Position numbers and translations under genes: made by a program. Source: Selaginella moellendorffii (Eukaryota > Plantae > Lycopodiophyta). Taken from it: 64,000 bases of DNA. This document shows positions 53,794-64,000 of the stretch, one piece after another (position 1 is the first letter of the stretch; the number at the start of each line of letters is the position of its first letter). The DNA lies in assembly GCF_000143415.4 (NCBI RefSeq), contig NW_003314376.1, forward strand, positions 1 through 64,000. Direction: 5' to 3'. A model generated the notes under the pieces. It saw only the letters and a program-made list of their open reading frames with translations, was not told where the DNA came from and did no database searches.

Positions 53794-54759
53794 CCTATGT
53801 GATTGATTAAACAGAATTACCTTTAGTTAATTTATACTAGTAAAAAGATCCAAAAATAAACTAGACTTCACTTTGAAGAATTGAAAACAAAAAAGAATAA
53901 AACTTTGAGCTAACAATTAAAATCTGTCACTTGCCAAACTTAGGGATTTGGCAGGTGACAAACCTTCTAAACCTTTTCAACCTTTTCGTGCACTGACTCT
54001 CCTAATTTAAAAACATCCTTGCCAGATACTTCTCATCATCGACCAAGCTGAAGCTGGAAGCAGCCTGACTTTACTCCTCAGCTGCTACAATCTCCCTCCA
54101 TCGGTCGCTTTAGAAAAGAGGAATGAAAAGGAATAGAAATATTATCCTCCACTGATCTTTGTTTTCTACCCACTGCCCAGGGAGCCATACAGAGAAAGAT
54201 CTAAGCTCCATCCATAGATGTGTTCCAGGTTGATTGATCGATTCTGGGCAATCAATCAGTACCGCCATAGTGGGTTTTTGATCCTGGATGGCTCTTATCT
54301 CAAACCTCCAGGGAGAGCCAATTCTCAATCAATTCAATAGTCCAAATGTGATTTTCTTGATGCTTCCCAGGGACAAGAGCAATCCATTGGAGCCAGTGGA
54401 CAATGCAGCGGCCGGGAATGACAATAGCATCATGATTGATCTCGAGGGGGCACTACTCAAATCCCTGAGTTGGTTTCAATGCTTCATGCTTGTCACAATT
54501 GAGGCTGGGAGGCCTCTATGAGCGCTCCTCCTATTTTTCATTCTTCCCTTCATGTGGTTCACTGGCTGCTTCATCCATCCAATCTTGGCTCCAGATTCTC
54601 TGCTTCATGGCAAATCCTGGATTGAGGGCTTTGGCAGTGGAACTTTGAGAGCTCCCTTGCAATTGCCATTATGGACATAGAGCCCAACCAATGCACTATA
54701 CATTACATAGTTTCTTTGGCTCATGCTCCAAAAACCAGGTATGCTCATAATGATACAAA

Positions 54760-56700
54760 GTGGTTAGAAAAGTTTATAAATTATAAATATGAAATTAATC
54801 TAAATGAATAACCACCATTGGATGATAAAATATCCAAGAATATCCAAGCATATTCTAAGTATATTCATTACCATCCCAGTCCTCTTACAGGTTTGCTTAA
54901 GCAAACCAAAAATATACTAGAAAGTGTTTATAGGGAAGTTTATAAATTATAATAAAAAAAGATTAATCTAAATGAACAACAACTATTAGATATTAAAATA
55001 TCCTAGAATCTCCAAGAATAGTTTAAATATATTCAATACCACCATAGGTTTGCTGAAGCAAACCAGTTATGGATCTATAGTGTTTGGTCACTTTAAACCT
55101 ATAGAAGCTTATTCACAAACCTATTTACATTATTATATAGAACTTTTTTCGCAAAACTTCTTTGATTAAACCCATATTAAAACTTGGGACTTAAGTTTCT
55201 CTTAGATTTTGTTGTTGATTAGATGTTATGTTTTTCTTTCAACCATGCTCTGTACAAATATACAAACTTTATAATTATAATTCAAGTTCTTTAAATCAAG
55301 TTCTTTAAAAGTAGTACATTACATTTTCTCAAACCTTTCGTCTCGAGCAACCTCTCTGGCCTTTGGAGGTGCACCAACGTCTGCTCCCTTGTCACCTCTA
55401 CAGGATAGCTCGTAAATTCTTCATCAAATCAAAACTTGGTAGGTTCTTGCTCTACCTTCCAATCCATGTTCCAAGCCAGTTGTGTCATAACTTCCAAGTC
55501 TGGCGACTTCCACCAGACAACCCTTGTATGTGATCTCTGGGTGAGATCACCGTCAGTGAGCAAGAGCCTACTGTCTTCTTGCTCTGCAACTTCATCTCCT
55601 TGAAGATTGATTCTACACAATCTTCCCTGTGACAACACATGCACTGTGCTGACTTAAGTGTCACTGCCAGTGTTGGCAGGACACTTTGCGGAGAATTCCA
55701 GTGTACCATTGCTGTGGGAACCACGAGTGTGAGCATCCAGCTGTTTCATCTCAGTCGGAGAATCGTCCACCACAACTTCCAGATGATCTGTCACTTCGAT
55801 CTGCCACCCGGGCTCCTGAAAGATCGCATTCCTGCGCTGCTTCCTTTGAGATAACATGCATCGCTCAATCACCAAATGCTCTCCACAGTATAGGTATGAT
55901 ATTTCAAAAAGAGAAATGGATATCTTTCCAATCCTAATGTCCTACTTGCAGTGACACACCACTTTGCATACTTTGAATAACGAAACTCTTTTTTTTCTCG
56001 TTTTTCAACTTAGCACTCATTGAATGGGATCATGGAGACACAAGCCATCAGCGTGCACAAACTACTTCCTCTACAGAAAACTGGGGAAAAGAAACGCGAG
56101 ATAAATATCTATCCATTGCTGTTTCGATAGTCTCACGGTGCCCAACCAAAAGCATGAGACTGATAGATGCAAAAATGCAAGTTGGATTATCTTTGTCATG
56201 TAGATGGAATCCTTGTTGTCTTCACGCTCCTTTCTACCAGTCTTCTTTTTCTCGGCCGGTGGAGGTCTCTTATTATGGCTGCCTCTATTGCAGACACAAC
56301 ATATCAAAGTAGTTTCCATAATGTCAGAGGCAAAAGCAAAAGAATTAACCCATCTGGGTACTGGAATAAAAGCCAGTTTGTCACAGACAGTAGAGCAGCA
56401 ACCCAGTGACCCAACAGTGGAGGGAACTGGCACCATCCGGTTTTACTTCTTCATCGTGGATCCCTAGCTCCTCAAGTGGTCAACCATAGTCAACACCAGT
56501 AAAATCGGTCAAAATGCTTGGAATGAATTAAAATAGTTGGAGATGCCAGGTATCGATCTCACATGGTAAGTGAGCACTCTACCATCTGAACTACATCTTC
56601 TTAGCATAGAAACAAAAATGCAAAGCTTTTCTCTTCACCATTCTAGTACTCATCCTTGGAGATTCCAGTGTCTTTTTTGTCGCATTTCAAGAGTTTTTTG
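54760..56700 (-). repeat. Composite module copy 4 (diverged; lacks the His-rich/TM part and the PPR fragment)
   Basis: Contains the tail-coding remnant 55654-55875 ('RKQRRNAIFQEPGWQIEV...KCPANTGSDT'), a tRNA remnant and the AT-rich tail homologous to 62700-63240. Confidence 0.85.
56538..56600 (-). pseudogene. tRNA-Ala pseudogene with a different (~10-nt) internal deletion
   Basis: Reverse complement GAAGATGTAGTTCAGATGGTAGAGTGCTCACTTACCATGTGAGA-TCGATACCTGGCATCTCCA. Confidence 0.75.
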
Positions 56701-57174
56701 ATTGATTCTAGAGCTCTAGCTATGGAGGAAAGTACTCCAGTTCTGCTGTGTTAGTGTTAGTTATCCAAAACCAAAAGATATACCATGTATTTGGTTAGTT
56801 GGGTAAAATTGATGTATTTGGAGTTTTAAACTTTAGACGAAACAAGCTTTAAATTTGAAAAGAACACTTTACAACAATAAAAATAAGGTAAAAATTAGCA
56901 GTTTCTCAAGAAATTCTAAAAATGAGAAAAAATAAATATGTGAAAATTACAAATGCATAATCAAATGAAGCAAAGGCAACATACTTAAGAGCATTATAGT
57001 TAAAGGCAAAAGTTAAAAGTCTTAACATTAAACAACAATACCATCATTACAAGTATATAATTCTCAATTATGGAATTGATACTATAAATAAGAAGATTTA
57101 CAACATCACAATAAACTAATTCCCATATATATACTTCTTGCATTTGGTGAGTCTTTAATCCCTTATAAATATAT

Positions 57175-59447
57175 TGTAAGGTTTGTAAATACATGTAAAT
57201 GTATATATATATATATATATATTACCCTAGGTAATACACTAATTATAGTATTATAGCATATGAACTATCCATTAGGGACCAAATTTGATCCATTCTTTTT
57301 TGTATATAAGCATGGGTCTAAACCCTAATTAATATTTTTATTCCTATATCCTGAGCACTCACATTAGTAGAGGTGAAGGGCACTACAATTTATCCTTGAA
57401 GGGCAAAGCTTTTTGAAAGTGCTTTGCTCTAGTGTTTGGGATTGTGCTTTTTTATTCTTATTTCTTCATTTTATTATAGATCTAGATCTGTATTAGCTTT
57501 TTGCAAGATTTAGAATTCTAGCTATCGTTGTGCTTAGATTTGCTCTTTCTTCTGATCATCATTACATTCTCTTCCTCTACCATGCCATGTTGTCATCAAT
57601 CAAAAAGTATGTCACTTGAGGCTACTAATACTGTTCCATTGGATTTAACTTTTGGTGCTGTGGCATGTGATCATATTGGTATTGTGCCCATCCTTGATGT
57701 GTTATTTGTTGGTCTCCAACTTTTGTGGGATGTGATTATACGGCTTATCCTGTTCTCAATGTTCTACCATTTTCTATTTATGTGGAGTGTGATCGTGATA
57801 TTGATTTGTGAGCTATGGATGATGCAATTTAATTCTTGGAGAATGTTTGAGGATCAAGTTTGTGTAAAGACAATGTGTATGAACTCGGGTGGATTCCAAA
57901 GTGTGATGATGAACTTGATTATTATGGAGAGAGTTTTGGAGATAAAGTGGAGATTTCGCGAAGTAGGTGTCAATATTTCAATCTGTTATCTAATCCTTTC
58001 TCTTTCCCTTTTGCTCTTTCCCAACTATTTTTTTATTTTTCGGCCTAAGCCACCTTCTCAAGTTCCTAGTATCTCTTCTTCATTTGTAGTGTTTTCTTTT
58101 TTTGGCACGTCGATCATTTATGACTCTCATGATTCTAATTCTCAATCCAGTGTTGAATTGAGTGTTTTCTATCCTCCTCATACTAATCTAAATATTGAGT
58201 GTATCCATGAAGTTGAGAATCTTGTTTTTGTTTCGCTTGTAAAGTCTTTGATTAGTTCTGGTATTGAGTATTTCCCTGTTCCAAGGGTTAAGTCACTTTG
58301 GCCAGAGTTTTGGGTTGAATGTATGTCCCCATTTGTGAGTGCCACTGAGAGCTTTTGCTTTACTATTGCTCATGAGGAGTTTATATATTCCTTTGAGAGT
58401 GTGAATGTTGTTATTGATTTTCCCATATCAAATGTTAAGTTGTGTGTTGAGAAGGTTAAGTGGTGTGAATCTTTTGCTTATATTGTGGCTAAAATATTTT
58501 ACGAAAGTAAATCCCCTCTTGACCAAGCTTTAAGCATATATTCTTTTGATTTTCCATTTTTGCATTGCCAATTGTTGCAAATTCCTCTTCCAATGCTTCT
58601 TTATTTACTTTTTCTTCTTTTACAATTGCTTTTACTCAATTTCTCTTGTTTTCTCCTTTTTGCCTTGACACTTCAAACATTTTTTTCTTTAGAGGAGGGG
58701 GTAGAGGGGATAGATGGAAGTTTGGCCTCGATGATGGAGTGAGGACGAGCAAATACGATAGTGGAACGAGGACGAATGATATGGATTGTGGAATGAGGAC
58801 AAGCATAGTGAGTTTGAACAAAACATCCAACCCCAACGTAATGACGCAGAATAGATGCGATAGTGGAGTGAGGCCGGACATAAATGGCAAAGTGAGGACG
58901 AGCACAATAAGTCCAAAAGGAGCTAGTGTTTCAAAACCATTTTTCCTTCGAGGAGGGGATAAGGAGAATATGAAAGACGAACAGAGTGAGTCTAACCTCC
59001 CTAGTGCAAAGTTATGGTTGCGTGGTTGGTTTGAGCATTTGGGAATTGCATAAAGAGTTGCAACTGGTTCATCAAGGTTCTATAGTGGGCTAATGATTAT
59101 GCCATGGCTTTAAATTTTATTTCAGTCATAGTTATCAGCAACTTTATTGGTGGTTTTGTGCGAGTTTCAGATTATTGTGGTAATTTATAATTGCCCAACA
59201 GAAGCTCCAGATGTTCCACCTGACTTATTATTATCACCTTTTCATATTCCAAAAGGGAGGATGGTGTAAAGTTTGTAAATACATATATGTATATATAAGT
59301 ATTACCCTAACTAGGTAATACACTAATTATAGTAGTATAACATATCCACTTTCCATTTGGGACTAAATCTGATCCATCCATTCTTATATATAAGTAGGGG
59401 CCTAAACTTTAATTAATATACCTATTCCTTTATTCTGAGCACTCAAA
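57175..59447 (+). mobile_element. Non-autonomous short-LTR retroelement (~2.3 kb)
   Basis: LTRs 57175-57363 and 59265-59447 (TGTAA...CACTCACA/AAA). PBS-like TAGTAGAGGTGAAGGGCAC resembles the gypsy PBS TGGTGGAGGTAATGAGCAC. PPT AAAAGGGAGGATGG at 59251-59264. No RT/INT motifs. Confidence 0.8.
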
Positions 59448-60195
59448 ATATATATTAAGTTGTACATTCTTGAGGTCAATAGGAAGGCATTGATTTGCTT
59501 GTTACAACTTACAAGTTCCAAAGGCATTAGTTTGGTTTTGGTACAAGATCCAGGCAGGACAACATGCTTGGAATACAAGGAATGGAGAGAGGCCACCTTG
59601 AAACAAAATCCATCACCTAGTAAGCTTTTAATAATTGGTTTCTTTGGATTGATCAAGCATGCCCAATATCTCTATTTGTTTGTTCAGAAAAGCAAATGCA
59701 CTTAAATTTTGAAAGAATGTGAAGGTGACGTTTCCAATTTTGAACTTTTGTAAGAAAAACAAGTTACTCATTTTAAAAGACTTTTAGCTATACAAATATG
59801 TTGTTTACTAGCAAACCAAAATACCAATTAATATTAGTGTTTAGACAATTTGATTGGTACAGAAGACCATACCAGTTGATTTATATTGTGTTGGTTTTAC
59901 CAATTGCTTTACTCATCCTCTTGCATAACACTGCAAAGCAAAACACTATCCCTTTTCCTCCTCCTCTTGTGATTACTATTACTATAATATGTATTATTAT
60001 TATAAGAATTAGTAACATTCTTCATGGTTGCCTGCAGATGCAGCTTCTTGGCTATAGAAACTTGCTGGAGATGGTGGGCTTTCCAAAGCTCATCTCTCAA
60101 AAGGCTCTTGAAATGCAACAAAAGCTGCCAGAATCTCCAAGGATGAGTATTAGAATGGTGAAGAGAAAAGTTTAGCATTTTTGATTCTTTGCTAA

Positions 60196-60252
60196 GGGGA
60201 GATAGCTCAGATGGTAGAGCGCTCGCTTAGGGATCAATAACCAGCATCTCCA
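60196..60252 (+). pseudogene. tRNA-Ala(AGC) pseudogene with ~16-nt internal deletion
   Basis: GGGGAGATAGCTCAGATGGTAGAGCGCTCGCTTAG-GGATCAATAACCAGCATCTCCA. Confidence 0.82.
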
Positions 60253-60700
60253 AATATGTTTGATTATTGGATCGTTCCAGGCGTTTTGACCGATTTTACT
60301 GGTGTTGACCTCTGGGGGAGCTATGGATGGATGTTGCACCGTGAGACTGTCAACAGAGCAATGCATAGATATTTATCTTGTGTTTCTTTTTCCCACATTT
60401 TTGCAAACGAGTAAACAAGTTTCGTTCACTGCAAGTACATTAGGATTGAGCCTGGAAAGGAGTTGCCATCAAATTAAAGATGTTGAAATATTGAGCATTT
60501 CGTGATTGTGAGATTAAATCGCTGTTCACATCTAGGTTTGGGCTCTTTGGCATGCTCAGTTCAAGTCCGACAATCCACAGCACTTGTTTTTTTCACAAAG
60601 CCAAAAGTACCTCTTTATTTTCTATTTTCTAAGTCAAGGGTTAGGTTATAATCTTTCTCGCTTGGATTTTTCTATTGTCGAAGCTCTCGTCAGGTAAGCT

Positions 60701-61468
60701 ATGGTCTCTCGCGCTCACGCCGCCCCAACGCTTGCCCGCCGAGCTCCAGCGCCCTGGCATGGCGGCCATCACCGAGCTTCACACCCGCGAGCTCCAGCTC
60801 TAGCTCCAGCACATCCACCACACCACCATGGACACCATCCTCGAGGAGCCCACGAGCCAGTGCCAGGTTTAGCTCCAGTTCTTCAAGGTGACGCTCCAGT
60901 TCGAGCCCCAGCGCCAGCTGCTTTCGTTCACCCTGCTCGCGGCCACCCTGCTCATCTAGCTCCAGCGCCTGATTCTCGCCACCACGATCCAGCTCCAGCA
61001 GCAGCAGTGTACCATCATCATCACGGTGATGGAGACCCTCTGGTTGTTCACCACCATCCCCATGGTCACCACCATGGTCACCACCATGGAGGACGCCACA
61101 ACCACCACCACCACCACCACCACCACCACCGTCGCGAGGGTCACGACGCAGCAGTGGCCACACCAACACCCGCAGCAGTAGTTACAGTGGTTCGGAGGAC
61201 GCCATGGTCGCTGCTCCAGCTTCTTCTGTGGGTTTTGGTTGCGATCTTGGTGCTGCTCGCATTCTTTTTGCTCGTGCGATGGATGTTCTCTCGGAGGAAG
61301 CAGCGCAGTAATGCGATCTTTCAGGATCCCGGGTGGCAGATCGAAGTTGTGGTGGACGATTCTCTGACTGAGAAGAAACAGCTGGAAGCTCACACGCGTG
61401 ATTCGCACAGCAATGGCACTCTGGGATTCTCCTCAAAGTGTCCAGCCAACACTGGTAGTGACGCATAA
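60701..61468 (+). CDS. His/Pro/Ala-rich single-pass membrane protein (copy 3)
   Basis: 255-aa ORF, nearly identical to copies 1 and 2. Confidence 0.65.
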   Translation: MVSRAHAAPTLARRAPAPWHGGHHRASHPRAPALAPAHPPHHHGHHPRGAHEPVPGLAPVLQGDAPVRAPAPAAFVHPARGHPAHLAPAPDSRHHDPAPAAAVYHHHHGDGDPLVVHHHPHGHHHGHHHGGRHNHHHHHHHHHRREGHDAAVATPTPAAVVTVVRRTPWSLLQLLLWVLVAILVLLAFFLLVRWMFSRRKQRSNAIFQDPGWQIEVVVDDSLTEKKQLEAHTRDSHSNGTLGFSSKCPANTGSDA

Positions 61469-61989
61469 GTCAGCACAGTGCATGCCTTGTCACATGGAAG
61501 ATTGTGTACAAACAATCTTCAAGGAGATGAAGTTGCAGAGCAAGAAGACAGCAGGGTATTGCTCACGGACGGTGAAGATCACATACAAGGGTCCACTGGT
61601 GGAAGTTATTGCACAGCTGGCTCGGAACATGGACTGGAAAGTAGAGCAGGAACCTACCAAGTTTCGATTTGACTGAGCTATCCTCTAGAGGTGACGGGGG
61701 AGCAGACGTTAGTGCACCTCCAAAGGCCAGAGAAGTTGCTTGAGACGAAAGGTTTGAGAAAAGGTAACGTACTACTTTTGCTCTCTGTTCTTGCAGGTGC
61801 TCAAATCTCAACTTCGATGAGAAGAAGCAGAGCAGGGCATAGCGGCCAGATAGGTTTCTCCAGAGTCAAGAGCATCATAAGCCAGGAATCAAGCAAGTGC
61901 AAAATTGTGGAAGTATGGTCGAAGTCTACACCGCGGCTTGCAACACAGGTTGTTTGACAGGATGGGACGAAGAACAGGATAGGTTGGTC

Positions 61990-62392
61990 TGACAAAGAAA
62001 CACGACGTTGGTTGCCTGGAACACGATCATCATGGGACATGCACGTCTTCTATCAGATGCAACGAGAAGCTGGCCTGCCTCCAAACGCTGAGACTTTGCA
62101 TGGAGCAGCAAAACGTCGTTTCCTGGGAACAACCTTTGCTCTTGACTGCTACGAGCAAGCCGCAGCCAAACGCTCAGACTTTCATGGTGGCGCTCAAGGC
62201 ACGCGGCGACTTAGCAGAGAAGAGCAGATCTGGGAGAGAAATCTGGAGGGAATCCACTACTCAGCGTGGTCGCTCAATGAGAGAAAAGCTTTTCTTGGGA
62301 GGTCGGTAAACTTTGCAAGGAAAGAGTGTCATGCAAGGTTGATGGAGCCGTCAATTAAAGATGGTACCTCAAAAGATGCGAAAGGATCCTAG
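61990..62392 (+). pseudogene. Degenerate PPR gene fragment
   Basis: 'KKHDVGCL', 'QNVVSW', 'PNAQTFMVALKA'. Confidence 0.6.
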
Positions 62393-64000
62393 CTGGCACA
62401 CCTTGGTGAAGAGATAAAAAATATGAGAGACAATACTTATCTCTTAATTAAATTGCTGTGAGTAATTTAGTTATAAACTTATTTAAGATTAAGATTATAG
62501 TAGAATAAACAATAAATTGCTACACGTTGCATGTAGCAACGCTTGGTTTGATTAATACTAGTGTCATTATTACTTATTAATCTAATTGATCAAATAAAAT
62601 TTATAATTATAAGCATGTTTGTAATTCATGTATACAAGATTAATTTTATTGCATATCAACCATTAGATGGTAGAATTAAAAAGAATATACTAGAAAAGGT
62701 TTAAGAAAGTGTATAAACTATAAACATGTTTATAAATTTTAAATACAAAATTAATTTAAATGAATAACAACCGTTAGATGGTAAAATATCCTAGAATATC
62801 CAAGCATACTCTAGGTATATTCAATACCATCCCAGTCCCCATATAAAGCAAACCAAAAATATACTAGAAAGTGTTTATAGGGAAGTTTATAAATTATAAA
62901 TAAAAAGATTAATCTAAATGAACAACAACTATTAGATATTAAAATATCCTAGAATCTCCAAGCATAGTTTAAGTATGTTCAATACCATCGTAGGTTTGCT
63001 GAAGCAAACCAGTTATGGATCTATAGTGTTTGGTCACTTTAAACCTATAGAAGCTTATTCACAAACTTATTTACATTATTATATAGAACGTTTTCCCCAA
63101 ATTTTTTTTGATTAAACCCATATTAAAACTTGGGAGTTAAGTTTCTCCTAGATTTTGTTGTTGATTAGATGTTATGTTTTTCTTTCAACCATGCTCTGTA
63201 CAAATATACAAACTTTATAATTATAATTCAAGTTCTTTAAATCTTTTTTAATTTCATATTAGTAGACGAGAAACAACAAAGATATGAACATTACAAATAC
63301 TTGGTCAAAGGAAGCAAACACAGCATACTCAAAAGCATTATAGTTGAAAGAAAATAATAGCCATCAAGCAGGAATACCATCATTATGAGTATATAATTCT
63401 CAAGTATGGAAGTGATATTATAAATGGGAAGCTTTACAACATCATAATCAACCAATTCCCAAGTTGCAATTACATATAAACATTAAAATTCTGAAATCTT
63501 TCATCCTTTGCATAGGATGGATCCAAATGTTAAAGTTTGGATTCATCATAACGTCTGAACATGAGGTGAAAATAATAGATATTGGTATTGTATTTGAAAC
63601 TAAAATAAAATTTATCTATAAATTACACTGAAAACAATATAGGGCATTTCTTATAATTACACTCAAAGAAAGAGTTAATTCTTCAATAGAAGAAAAACGT
63701 GCAACCATCACGAAACTTAAATGTATCAACGACCTTGTCTAGATAAGCTGAAAGAAGGCACAAAGAAACTTGCCAAGCATCAGCAAGACAAAAGCACACA
63801 ATTTACTTTGGACAACTCTCTATCATGAAATCAAAAAAGATTTAAAGAACTTGAATCATAGTTACAAAGTTGTACATTTGTACAGGACAGAATGTAACAT
63901 CTAATCTACTTGGAGAAGCTTGAGTCCCAAGTTTTCAAGTTAAGTTTAAGTGACCAAACACCATAGATATATAATTTCCTATATAAATAACCATTTGTGA

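Larger units (their letters stand above)
59452..63662 (+). repeat. Composite module copy 3
   Basis: Direct repeat of 26738-29887, extending into the AT-rich tail that is inverted at 11940-13240. Confidence 0.9.

Noticed and set aside
54050-54720. Possible LINE ORF1 (DUF4283-like 'GSPWRF', 'LWMEL') fragment
   Set aside because: Too short and degenerate to support a call without a profile search.

Overview
Eukaryotic land-plant genomic DNA. The very short (~50 bp) introns and the PLS-PPR style point to a lycophyte such as Selaginella; this is inferred, not verified. There are three N-gaps. Only two conventional host genes are present, a Pti1-like kinase and a PLS-class PPR gene, tightly tandem on the minus strand at 7.9-11.4 kb. 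The rest is a transposon-built landscape. (i) A composite module occurs four times as two head-to-head inverted pairs: internally deleted tRNA-Ala(AGC), an orphan His/Pro-rich single-pass membrane ORF, a PPR fragment and AT-rich repeats. (ii) An endonuclease-bearing Helitron (Helentron-type: Rep/HUH, PIF1 helicase, APE endonuclease) has an upstream multi-exon RPA70-like gene. It is split by a nest of a TRIM and two LARD-like LTR elements. (iii) A decayed Ty3/gypsy element and a non-autonomous element both have short LTRs and tRNA-Ala-type primer sites. (iv) A second, canonical Helitron helicase remnant lies in the spacer of a ~16 kb inverted repeat. All alignments and identities were judged by eye.
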